The position numbers were made by a program, and so were the translations under genes. Shown here one piece after another: positions 1 to 7,076 of a DNA stretch of 11,421 nucleotides. The stretch lies in the IMG/VR virus record IMGVR_UViG_2740892229_000004; one strand, 5' to 3'. The first letter of the stretch is position 1. The number at the start of each line of letters is the position of its first letter. Source of the DNA: a virus. Taxonomy: Duplodnaviria; Heunggongvirae; Uroviricota; Caudoviricetes. A model generated the notes under the pieces. The model saw nothing but the letters and a program-made list of their open reading frames with translations. It ran no database searches and had not been told where the DNA came from.

Positions 1-216
1 CAGAAGACGCAGATGCCGTCCATGAATGAAGCCGTTAAACAGATTGAGCAGGAAGTGCTTACCACCTGGCCCACGGAGGCAATTTCTCATGCTGAAAACG
101 TGGTGTACCGGCTGTCTGGTATGTATGAGTTTGTTGTGAATAATGCCCCTGAACAGACAGAGGTCGCCGGGCCCGCAGAGCCTGTTTCTGCGGGAAAGTG
201 TTCGACGGTGAGCTGA
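1..216 (+). CDS. G: Tail assembly chaperone gpG, C-terminal fragment (lambda-like allele; 5' end outside window)
   Basis: Frame 1 from position 1 reads QKTQMPSMNEAVKQIEQEVLTTWPTEAISHAENVVYRLSGMYEFVVNNAPEQTEVAGPAEPVSAGKCSTVS then stop, matching my recollection of the lambda gpG C-terminus. It is a second allele of the complete G at 1523..1945. Confidence 0.85.
   Translation, partial: QKTQMPSMNEAVKQIEQEVLTTWPTEAISHAENVVYRLSGMYEFVVNNAPEQTEVAGPAEPVSAGKCSTVS
192..198 (+). promoter_or_regulatory. Slippery heptamer G_GGA_AAG for the -1 programmed frameshift (G to G-T), copy 1
   Basis: GGGAAAG sits in the G frame (gcg gga aag) 6 codons before the G stop. The -1 frame continues as FDGELSFALKL (the T reading frame) until the gap at 235. 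Confidence 0.8.
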
Positions 217-244
217 GTTTTGCCCTGAAACTGGNNNNNNNNNN

Positions 245-574
245 CTTTTTGATGGTCGCCCCGCTGTTTTTGATGAGGAAGATTTTCCGGCAATTGCCGT
301 TTATCTCACCGGCGCTGAATACACGGGCGAAGAGCTGGACAGCGATACCTGGCAGGCGGAGCTGCATATTGAAGTTTTCCTGCCTGCTCAGGTGCCGGAT
401 TCAGAGCTGGATGCGTGGATGGAGTCCCGGATTTATCCGGTGATGAGCGATATCCCGGCACTGGCAGGACTGATTACCACGATGGTTACGCAGGGCTATG
501 AGTATCGTCGTGATGACGATATGGCGTTATGGAGTTCTGCAGATCTGACTTATTCCATTACATACGAGATGTGA
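245..574 (+). CDS. U: Tail terminator protein gpU, C-terminal part (5' end lost at gap 235..244)
   Basis: Translation [109 protein letters not shown] with stop at 572..574 matches lambda gpU with a few substitutions. Confidence 0.85.
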   Translation, partial: LFDGRPAVFDEEDFPAIAVYLTGAEYTGEELDSDTWQAELHIEVFLPAQVPDSELDAWMESRIYPVMSDIPALAGLITTMVTQGYEYRRDDDMALWSSADLTYSITYEM

Positions 575-581
575 GGACGAT

Positions 582-622
582 ATGGCAACACCAAATCCCC
601 TTGAGCCGGTAAAAGGTGCCGG
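582..622 (+). CDS. V: Major tail protein gpV, 5' fragment of a variant allele (MATPNPLEPVKGAG), cut by gap 623..632
   Basis: ATG at 582 lies 8 nt after the U stop and is preceded by GAGGA. The 14 codons parallel the V N-terminus ([14 protein letters not shown]) of the complete copy at 767. Confidence 0.6.
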
Positions 623-633
623 NNNNNNNNNNT

Positions 634-759
634 GATATCCCGGCACTGTCAGATTTGATCACCAGTATGGTGACCAGCGGCTATGACTATCGGCGCGACG
701 ATGATGCGGGCCTGTGGAGTTCAGCCGATCTGACTTATGTCATTACCTATGAAATGTGA
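634..759 (+). CDS. U: gpU C-terminal fragment, second allele
   Basis: Translation [41 protein letters not shown] with stop at 757..759 is the lambda-type gpU C-terminus. Confidence 0.8.
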   Translation, partial: DIPALSDLITSMVTSGYDYRRDDDAGLWSSADLTYVITYEM

Positions 760-766
760 GGACGCT

Positions 767-1507
767 ATGCCTGTACCAAATCCTGTAATGCCGGTGAAAG
801 GGGCCGGGACCACCCTGTGGGTTTATAAGGGGAGTGGTGACCCTTATGCGAATCCGCTTTCAGACGTTGACTGGTCGCGTCTGGCAAAAGTTAAAGACCT
901 GACGCCCGGCGAACTGACCGCTGAGTCTTATGACGACAGCTATCTCGATGATGAAGATGCAGACTGGACTGCGACCGGGCAGGGGCAGAAATCTGCCGGA
1001 GATACCAGCTTCACGCTGGCGTGGATGCCCGGAGAGCAGGGGCAGCAGGCGCTGCTGGCGTGGTTTAATGAAGGCGATACCCGTGCCTATAAAATCCGCT
1101 TCCCGAACGGCACGGTCGATGTGTTCCGTGGCTGGGTCAGCAGTATCGGTAAGGCGGTGACGGCGAAGGAAGTGATTACCCGCACGGTGAAGGTCACCAA
1201 TGTGGGACGTCCGTCGATGGCAGAAGATCGCAGCACGGTGACGGCGACAACCGGCATGACGGTGACACCCGCCAGTGCTTCCGTAGTGAAAGGGCAGAGC
1301 ACCACGCTGACCGTGGCATTCCAGCCGGATGGCGCAACCGACAAGAGCTTCCGTGCGGTGTCTGCGGATAAAACAAAAGCCACCGTGTCGGTCAGTGGTA
1401 TGACCATCACCGTGAAAGGTGTTGCTGCAGGCAAGGTCAACATTCCGGTCGTATCCGGTAATGGTGAGTTTGCTGCGGTTGCAGAAATCAACGTCACCGC
1501 CAGTTAA
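767..1507 (+). CDS. V: Major tail tube protein gpV, complete (246 aa) with C-terminal Ig-like domain
   Basis: ATG at 767 is preceded by GAGGA at 758..762. The translation [36 protein letters not shown]...[18 protein letters not shown] is near-identical to lambda gpV as I recall it. The C-terminal third is Thr/Val/Ser-rich, typical of a Big_2 Ig-like domain. The track ORF 737..1507 begins at an upstream in-frame ATG inside the U tail, which I reject as the start. Confidence 0.95.
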   Translation: MPVPNPVMPVKGAGTTLWVYKGSGDPYANPLSDVDWSRLAKVKDLTPGELTAESYDDSYLDDEDADWTATGQGQKSAGDTSFTLAWMPGEQGQQALLAWFNEGDTRAYKIRFPNGTVDVFRGWVSSIGKAVTAKEVITRTVKVTNVGRPSMAEDRSTVTATTGMTVTPASASVVKGQSTTLTVAFQPDGATDKSFRAVSADKTKATVSVSGMTITVKGVAAGKVNIPVVSGNGEFAAVAEINVTAS

Positions 1508-1522
1508 TCCGGAGAGTCAGCG

Positions 1523-1945
1523 ATGTTCCTGAAAACCGAATCATTTGAACATAACGGTGTGACCGTCACGCTTTCTGAACTGTCAGCCCTGCAGCGTATT
1601 GAGCATCTCGCCCTGATGAAACGGCAGGCAGAACAGGCGGAGTCAGACAGCAACCGGAAGTTTACTGTGGAAGACGCCATCAGAACCGGCGCGTTTCTGG
1701 TGGCGATGTCCCTGTGGCATAACCATCCGAAGAAGACAAAGCTGCCTTCCATGAATGAAGCCGTTAAACAGATTGAGCAGGAAGTGCTTACCACCTGGCC
1801 CACAGAGGCAATTTCTCATGCTGAAAACGTGGTGTACCGGCTGTCCGGTATGTATGAGTTTGTGGTGACTGATGCTCCTGAACAGGCAGAGGACGCCGGG
1901 CCTGCAGAGCCTGTTTCTGCGGGAAAGTGTTCGACGGTGAGCTGA
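1523..1945 (+). CDS. G: Tail assembly chaperone gpG, complete (140 aa)
   Basis: ATG at 1523 is preceded by GGAGAG at 1511..1516. Translation MFLKTESFEHNGVTVTLSELSALQRIEHLALMKRQAEQAESDSNRKFTVEDAIRTGAFLVAMSLWHNHP... matches lambda gpG. The C-terminal region differs from the fragment at 1..216 (VTDAPEQAED versus VNNAPEQTEV). Confidence 0.95.
   Translation: MFLKTESFEHNGVTVTLSELSALQRIEHLALMKRQAEQAESDSNRKFTVEDAIRTGAFLVAMSLWHNHPKKTKLPSMNEAVKQIEQEVLTTWPTEAISHAENVVYRLSGMYEFVVTDAPEQAEDAGPAEPVSAGKCSTVS
1921..1927 (+). promoter_or_regulatory. Slippery heptamer G_GGA_AAG for the -1 programmed frameshift producing gpG-T, copy 2
   Basis: The heptamer is in the G zero frame (gcg 1919..1921, gga 1922..1924, aag 1925..1927). 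The -1 frame is open from here to 2361 and encodes the T sequence. Confidence 0.85.
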
Positions 1946-2361
1946 GTTTTGCCCTGAAACTGGCGCGTGAGATGGGGCGACCCGACTGGCGCGCCATGCT
2001 TGCCGGGATGTCATCCACGGAGTATGCCGACTGGCACCGCTTTTACAGTACCCATTATTTTCATGATGTTCTGCTGGATATGCACTTTTCCGGGCTGACG
2101 TACACTGTGCTCAGCCTGTTTTTCAGCGATCCGGAGATGCATCCGCTGGATTTCAGTCTGCTGAACCGGCGCGAGGCTGACGAAGAGCCTGAAGATGATG
2201 TGCTGATGCAGAAAGCGGCAGGGCTTGCCGGAGGTGTCCGCTTTGGCCCGGACGGGAATGAAGTTATCCCTACTTCCCCGGATGTGGCGGACATGACGGA
2301 GGATGACGTAATGCTGATGACAGTATCAGAAGGGATCGCAGGAGGAGTCCGGTATGGCTGA
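1927..2361 (+). CDS. T: gpT reading frame, expressed as the C-terminal extension of the G-T fusion chaperone by -1 frameshift from G
   Basis: The -1 frame relative to G reads FDGELSFALKLAREMGRPDWRAMLAGMSSTEYADWHRFYSTHYFHDVLLDMHFSGLTYTVLSLFFSDPEMHPLDFSLLNRREADEEPEDDVLMQKAAGL... with stop at 2359..2361. It has no independent start or ribosome-binding site and overlaps the H start. Confidence 0.9.
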   Translation: MFDGELSFALKLAREMGRPDWRAMLAGMSSTEYADWHRFYSTHYFHDVLLDMHFSGLTYTVLSLFFSDPEMHPLDFSLLNRREADEEPEDDVLMQKAAGLAGGVRFGPDGNEVIPTSPDVADMTEDDVMLMTVSEGIAGGVRYG

Positions 2362-3025
2362 ACCGGTAGGCGATCTGGTCGTTGATTTAAGTCTGGATGC
2401 GGCCAGATTTGACGAGCAGATGGCCAGAGTCAGGCGTCATTTTTCCGGTACGGAAAGTGATGCGAAAAAAACAGCGGCAGTCGTTGAACAGTCGCTGAGC
2501 CGACAGGCACTGGCTGCACAGAAAGCGGGGATTTCCGTCGGGCAGTATAAAGCCGCCATGCGTATGCTGCCTGCACAGTTCACCGACGTGGCCACGCAGC
2601 TTGCAGGCGGGCAAAGTCCGTGGCTGATCCTGCTGCAACAGGGTGGTCAGGTTAAGGACTCCTTCGGCGGGATGATCCCCATGTTCAGGGGGCTTGCCGG
2701 TGCGATCACCCTGCCGATGGTGGGGGCCACCTCGCTGGCGGTGGCGACCGGTGCGCTGGCGTATGCCTGGTATCAGGGCAACTCAACCCTGTCCGATTTC
2801 AACAAAACGCTGGTCCTTTCCGGCAATCAGGCGGGACTGACGGCAGATCGTATGCTGGTCCTGTCCAGAGCCGGGCAGGCGGCAGGGCTGACGTTTAACC
2901 AGACCAGCGAGTCACTCAGCGCACTGGTTAAGGCGGGGGTAAGCGGTGAGGCTCAGATTGCGTCCATCAGCCAGAGTGTGGCGCGTTTCTCCTCTGCATC
3001 CGGCGTGGAGGTGGACAAGGTCGCT
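2354..3025 (+). CDS. H: Tape measure protein gpH, N-terminal part (cut by gap 3026..3035)
   Basis: ATG at 2354 is preceded by GGAGG at 2341..2345. Translation MAEPVGDLVVDLSLDAARFDEQMARVRRHFSGTESDAKK...ASISQSVARFSSASGVEVDKVA matches the lambda gpH N-terminus, including a hydrophobic stretch GLAGAITLPMVGATSLAVATGALAYAW. Confidence 0.92.
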
Positions 3026-3035
3026 NNNNNNNNNN

Positions 3036-3144
3036 GACGGCCCTGGTGAATGCCGGTGTGCGTGGTGGTGAGCAGTTTGAGGCGATCAGCCAGAGTGTGG
3101 CGCGTTTCTCCTCTGCATCCGGCGTGGAGGTGGACAAGGTCGCT
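3036..3144 (+). CDS. H: gpH fragment, alternative allele of the segment ending ...SQSVARFSSASGVEVDKVA
   Basis: Reads TALVNAGVRGGEQFEAISQSVARFSSASGVEVDKVA, against SALVKAGVSGEAQIASISQSVARFSSASGVEVDKVA in the preceding fragment. It is bounded by N10 runs on both sides. Confidence 0.75.
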
Positions 3145-3154
3145 NNNNNNNNNN

Positions 3155-3262
3155 TTGTCCGATTTCAACAAAACGCTGGCCCTTTCCGGCAATCAGTCGG
3201 GGCTGACGGCAGATCGTATGCTGGTCCTGTCCAGAGCCGGGCAGGCGGCAGGGCTGACGTTT
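3155..3262 (+). CDS. H: gpH fragment, alternative allele of the segment LSDFNKTL(V/A)LSGNQ(A/S)GLTADRMLVLSRAGQAAGLTF
   Basis: Reads LSDFNKTLALSGNQSGLTADRMLVLSRAGQAAGLTF. The same segment occurs at about 2797..2896 with V and A at the variable positions. Confidence 0.75.
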
Positions 3263-3272
3263 NNNNNNNNNN

Positions 3273-3838
3273 ACTGACAGCGATGGCACGTCAGTTCCAT
3301 AACGTGACGGCGGAGCAGATTGCGTATGTTGCTCAGTTGCAGCGTTCCGGAGATGAAGCCGGGGCATTGCAGGCGGCGAACGAGGCCGCAACGAAAGGGT
3401 TTGATGACCAGACCCGCCGCCTGAAAGAGAACATGGGCACGCTGGAGACCTGGGCAGACAGGACTGCGCGGGCCTTCAAATCCATGTGGGATGCGGTGCT
3501 GGATATTGGTCGTCCTGATACCGCGCAGGAGATGCTGATTAAGGCAGAGGCTGCGTTTAAGAAAGCAGACGACATCTGGAATCTGCGCAAGGATGATTAT
3601 TTTGTTAACGATGAAGCGCGGGCGCGTTACTGGGATGATCGTGAAAAGGCCCGTCTTGCGCTTGAAGCCGCCCGAAAGAAGGCTGAGCAGCAGACTCAAC
3701 AGGACAAAAATGCGCAGCAGCAGAGCGATACCGAAGCGTCACGGCTGAAATATACCGAAGAGGCGCAGAAGGCTTACGAACGGCTGCAGACGCCGCTGGA
3801 GAAATATACCGCCCGTCAGGAAGAACTGAACAAGGCAC
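3273..3838 (+). CDS. H: gpH internal fragment (lambda-type allele, alpha-helical coiled-coil region)
   Basis: Reads LTAMARQFHNVTAEQIAYVAQLQRSGDEAGALQAANEAATKGFDDQTRRLKENMGTLETWADRTARAFKSMWDAVLDIGRPDTAQEMLIKAEAAFKKADDIWNLRKDDYFVNDEARARYWDDREKARLALEAARKKAEQQTQQDKNAQQQSDTEASRLKYTEEAQKAYERLQTPLEKYTARQEELNKA, matching lambda gpH. Confidence 0.88.
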
Positions 3839-3848
3839 NNNNNNNNNN

Positions 3849-4855
3849 AGCACGGGCATTCAAATCCATGTGGGATTCGGTGTTGGATATTGGTCGCCCG
3901 GACACTGCCCAGGGAATGCTGGAGAAAGCAGAAAAGGCTTTTGATGAGGCGGACAAAAAATGGCAGTGGTATCAGAGCCGGAGCCACCGGCGCGGTAAAA
4001 CCTCAGCATTTCTTGCCAATCTCCGGGGAGCATGGGAGGACAGAGCGAATGCGCAACTTGGGCTTTCAGCCGCCACGTTGCAGGCCGATCTTGAAAAGGC
4101 CAGAGAGATGGCAGCAAAGGACTGGGCCGAGTCTGAGGCATCACGGCTGAAATATACCGAAGAGGCGCAGAAGGCTTACAAACGGCTGCAGACGCCGCTG
4201 GAGAAATATACCGCCCGTCAGGAAGAACTGAACAAGGCACTGAAAGACGGGAAAATCCTGCAGGCGGATTACAACACGCTGATGGCGGCGGCGAAAAAGG
4301 ATTATGAAGCGACGCTGAAAAAGCCGAAACAGTCCGGCGTGAAGGTGTCTGCGGGCGATCGTCAGGAAGACAGTGCTCATGCTGCCCTGCTGACGCTTCA
4401 GGCAGAACTCCGGACGCTGGAGAAGCATGCCGGAGCAAATGAGAAAATCAGCCAGCAGCGCCGGGATTTGTGGAAGGCGGAGAGTCAGTTCGCGGTACTG
4501 GAGGAGGCGGCGCAACGTCGCCAGCTGTCTGCACAGGAGAAATCCCTGCTGGCGCATAAAGATGAGACGCTGGAGTACAAACGCCAGCTGGCTGCACTTG
4601 GCGACAAGGTTACGTATCAGGAGCGCCTGAACGCGCTGGCGCAGCAGGCGGATAAATTCGCACAGCAGCAACGGGCAAAACGGGCCGCCATTGATGCGAA
4701 AAGCCGGGGGCTGACTGACCGGCAGGCAGAACGGGAAGCCACGGAACAGCGCCTGAAGGAACAGTATGGCGATAATCCGCTGGCGCTGAATAACGTCATG
4801 TCAGAGCAGAAAAAGACCTGGGCGGCTGAAGACCAGCTTCGCGGGAGCTGGATGG
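3849..4855 (+). CDS. H: gpH internal fragment: its first ~290 nt are a divergent allele of 3463..3838, then it continues into the downstream coiled-coil region
   Basis: Begins ARAFKSMWDSVLDIGRPDTAQGMLEKAEKAFDEADKKWQWYQSRSHRRGKTSAFLANLRGAWEDRANAQLGLSAATLQADLEKAREMAAKDWAESEASRLKYTEEAQKAYKRLQTPLEKYTARQEELNKALKDGKILQADYNTLMAAAKK... and runs to ...MSEQKKTWAAEDQLRGSWM. The flanks are conserved and the central cassette is divergent relative to the previous fragment. Confidence 0.88.
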
Positions 4856-4865
4856 NNNNNNNNNN

Positions 4866-4926
4866 ATCATGTCAGAGCAGAAAAAGACCTGGGCGGCTGA
4901 AGACCAGCTTCGCGGGAACTGGATGG
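4866..4926 (+). CDS. H: gpH 61-nt fragment, single-codon variant (RGNWM versus RGSWM) of the end of the previous fragment
   Basis: Reads IMSEQKKTWAAEDQLRGNWM and is near-identical to 4795..4855. Confidence 0.7.
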
Positions 4927-4936
4927 NNNNNNNNNN

Positions 4937-5302
4937 GCAGCAGCAGGGCGCGAAGCAGGCGGCAATCAGTGCCCAGGCGCGGGGCCTCACCGACCGTCAG
5001 GCGCAGCGGGAGTCGGAAGAGCAGCGCCTTCGTGACGTGTACGGTGATAATCCGGCTGCGCTGGCGAAGGCCACATCGGCACTGAAGAACACCTGGTCTG
5101 CGGAGGAGCAGCTTCGTGGAAGCTGGATGGCCGGGCTGAAGTCCGGCTGGGGCGAGTGGGCGGAAAGTGCGACGGACAGTTTTTCGCAGGTTAAAAGCGT
5201 GGCCACGCAGACCTTTGACGGTATTGCACAGAATATGGCGGTGATGCTGACCGGCAGTGAACAGAACTGGCGCAGCTTCACCCGCTCCGTGCTGTCCATG
5301 AT
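4937..5302 (+). CDS. H: gpH internal fragment, strongly diverged allele of the region covered by ~4670..4855 and 5313..5482
   Basis: Reads QQQGAKQAAISAQARGLTDRQAQRESEEQRLRDVYGDNPAALAKATSALKNTWSAEEQLRGSWMAGLKSGWGEWAESATDSFSQVKSVATQTFDGIAQNMAVMLTGSEQNWRSFTRSVLSM. Its counterpart in the neighbouring fragments is QQQRAKRAAIDAKSRGLTDRQAEREATEQRLKEQYGDNPLALNNVMSEQKKTWAAEDQLRG(S/N)WM then AGLKSGWSEWEESATDSMSQVKSAATQ... Confidence 0.82.
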
Positions 5303-5312
5303 NNNNNNNNNN

Positions 5313-5854
5313 CAGGCCTGAAGTCCGGCTGGAGTGAGTGGGAAGAGAGCGCCACGGACAGTATGTCGCAGGTAAAAAGTGCAGCCACGCAGACCTTTGA
5401 TGGTATTGCACAGAATATGGCAGCGATGCTGACCGGCAGTGAGCAGAACTGGCGCAGCTTCACCCGTTCCGTGCTGTCCATGATGACAGAAATTCTGCTT
5501 AAGCAGGCAATGGTGGGGATTGTCGGGAGTATCGGCAGCGCCATTGGCGGGGCTGTTGGTGGCGGCGCATCCGCGTCAGGTGGTACAGCCATTCAGGCCG
5601 CTGCGGCGAAATTCCATTTTGCAACCGGGGGATTTACGGGAACCGGCGGCAAATATGAGCCAGCGGGGATTGTTCACCGTGGTGAATTTGTCTTCACGAA
5701 GGAGGCAACCAGCCGGATTGGCGTGGGGAATCTCTACCGGCTGATGCGCGGCTATGCCACCGGTGGTTATGTCGGTACACCGGGCAGTCTGGCTGACAGC
5801 CGGTCGCAGGCGTCCGGGACGTTTGAGCAGAATAACCATGTGGTGATTAACAAC
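5313..5854 (+). CDS. H: gpH fragment: hydrophobic Gly/Ala-rich segment and distal region
   Basis: Reads GLKSGWSEWEESATDSMSQVKSAATQTFDGIAQNMAAMLTGSEQNWRSFTRSVLSMMTEILLKQAMVGIVGSIGSAIGGAVGGGASASGGTAIQAAAAKFHFATGGFTGTGGKYEPAGIVHRGEFVFTKEATSRIGVGNLYRLMRGYATGGYVGTPGSLADSRSQASGTFEQNNHVVINN, matching lambda gpH. Confidence 0.88.
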
Positions 5855-5864
5855 NNNNNNNNNN

Positions 5865-5925
5865 GACCGGGGGATTTACGGGAACCGGCGGCAAATATGA
5901 GCCAGCGGGGATTGTTCACCGTGGT
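5865..5925 (+). CDS. H: gpH 61-nt fragment duplicating 5626..5686 (TGGFTGTGGKYEPAGIVHRG)
   Basis: Identical to the corresponding stretch of the previous fragment except for its first base. Bounded by N10 runs on both sides. Confidence 0.7.
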
Positions 5926-5935
5926 NNNNNNNNNN

Positions 5936-6233
5936 GTTTGTCTTCACGAAGGAGGCAACCAGCCGGATTGGCGTGGGGAATCTTTACCGGCTGATGCGCG
6001 GCTATGCCACCGGCGGTTATGTCGGTACACCGGGCAGCATGGCAGACAGCCGGTCGCAGGCGTCCGGGACGTTTGAGCAGAATAACCATGTGGTGATTAA
6101 CAACGACGGCACGAACGGGCAGATAGGTCCGGCTGCTCTGAAGGCGGTGTATGACATGGCCCGCAAGGGTGCCCGTGATGAAATTCAGACACAGATGCGT
6201 GATGGTGGCCTGTTCTCCGGAGGTGGACGATGA
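5936..6233 (+). CDS. H: gpH C-terminal end, allele 1 (stop at 6231..6233)
   Basis: Reads FVFTKEATSRIGVGNLYRLMRGYATGGYVGTPGSMADSRSQASGTFEQNNHVVINNDGTNGQIGPAALKAVYDMARKGARDEIQTQMRDGGLFSGGGR then stop, matching the lambda gpH C-terminus. The stop overlaps the M start as ATGA. Confidence 0.92.
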
Positions 6234-6379
6234 AGACCTTCCGCTGGAAAGTGAAACCCGGTATGGATGTGGCTTCGGTCCCTTCTGTAAGAAAGGTGCG
6301 CTTTGGTGATGGCTATTCTCAGCGAGCGCCTGCCGGGCTGAATGCCAACCTGAAAACGTACAGCGTGACGCTTTCTGTC
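6230..6379 (+). CDS. M: Tail tip assembly protein gpM, 5' part of copy 1 (cut by gap 6380..6389)
   Basis: Reads MKTFRWKVKPGMDVASVPSVRKVRFGDGYSQRAPAGLNANLKTYSVTLSV, matching the lambda gpM N-terminus. Confidence 0.88.
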
Positions 6380-6389
6380 NNNNNNNNNN

Positions 6390-6750
6390 AACCGGAGGAT
6401 TTACGGGAACCGGCGGCAAATATGAGCCAGCGGGGATTGTTCACCGTGGTGAATTTGTCTTCACGAAGGAGGCAACCAGCCGGATTGGTGTCGGCAACCT
6501 GTACCGCCTGATGCGGGGCTATGCGGAAGGTGGTTATGTGGGCGGTGCCGGAAGTCCGGCGCAGATGCGGCGGGCTGAAGGCATTAATTTTAATCAGAAC
6601 AATCACGTGGTGATTCAGAACGACGGTACGAATGGTCTGCCAGGTCCACAGATGATGAAGGCGGTGTATGACATGGCCCGCAAGGGTGCCCGTGATGAAA
6701 TCCAGGCACAGATGCGCGATGGTGGTCTGTTCTCCGGAGGTGGACGATGA
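6390..6750 (+). CDS. H: gpH C-terminal end, allele 2 (diverged distal segment)
   Basis: Reads TGGFTGTGGKYEPAGIVHRGEFVFTKEATSRIGVGNLYRLMRGYAEGGYVGGAGSPAQMRRAEGINFNQNNHVVIQNDGTNGLPGPQMMKAVYDMARKGARDEIQAQMRDGGLFSGGGR then stop. The region GYAEGGYVGGAGSPAQMRRAEGINFNQ ... LPGPQMM differs from allele 1 (GYATGGYVGTPGSMADSRSQASGTFEQ ... QIGPAAL). Confidence 0.88.
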
Positions 6751-7076
6751 AAACCTTCCGCTGGAAAGTGAAACCCGGTATGGATGTGGCTTCGGCCCCT
6801 TCTGTAAGAAAGGTGCGCTTTGGTGATGGCTATTCCCAGCGAGCGCCTGCCGGGCTGAATGCCAACCTGAAAACGTACAGCGTGACGCTTTCTGTCCCCC
6901 GTGAGGAGGCCACGGTACTGGAGTCGTTTCTGGAAGAGCACGGGGGCTGGAAAGCCTTTCTGTGGACGCCGCCTTATGAGTGGCGGCAGATAAAGGTGAC
7001 CTGCGCAAAATGGTCGTCGCGGGTCAGTATGTTGCGTGTTGAGTTCAGCGCAGAGTTTGAACAGGTGGTGAACTGA
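6747..7076 (+). CDS. M: Tail tip assembly protein gpM, complete (109 aa)
   Basis: Reads MKTFRWKVKPGMDVASAPSVRKVRFGDGYSQRAPAGLNANLKTYSVTLSVPREEATVLESFLEEHGGWKAFLWTPPYEWRQIKVTCAKWSSRVSMLRVEFSAEFEQVVN, matching lambda gpM. Its start overlaps the H stop (ATGA) and its stop overlaps the L start (TGATG). Confidence 0.95.
   Translation: MKTFRWKVKPGMDVASAPSVRKVRFGDGYSQRAPAGLNANLKTYSVTLSVPREEATVLESFLEEHGGWKAFLWTPPYEWRQIKVTCAKWSSRVSMLRVEFSAEFEQVVN

Noticed and set aside
737-766. Upstream in-frame ATG at 737 extending V by 10 codons ([10 protein letters not shown])
   Set aside because: These codons overlap the U coding tail and stop. The ATG at 767 has the GAGGA ribosome-binding site and gives the N-terminus [14 protein letters not shown] that matches lambda gpV.
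930-1160. Alternative-frame ORFs inside V and G (930..1160 +, 1087..1497 -, 1504..1803 -, 1643..2014 -)
   Set aside because: They are embedded entirely within V or G in other frames and have arginine- or cysteine-rich, low-complexity translations typical of off-frame reading. There is no support for overlapping genes.
3046-5085. 679-aa + strand ORF that looks like one large protein
   Set aside because: It is a chimeric read-through of several H fragments across four N10 gaps. Part of it (3155..3262) is read out of frame, and the tail after 4866 is a frame-shifted reading of H fragments.
5520-5600. Gly/Ala-rich hydrophobic stretch in H (MVGIVGSIGSAIGGAVGGGASASGG) as a possible separate membrane protein or signal peptide
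   Set aside because: It is in frame within H and matches the hydrophobic segment of lambda gpH. It is not a separate gene.
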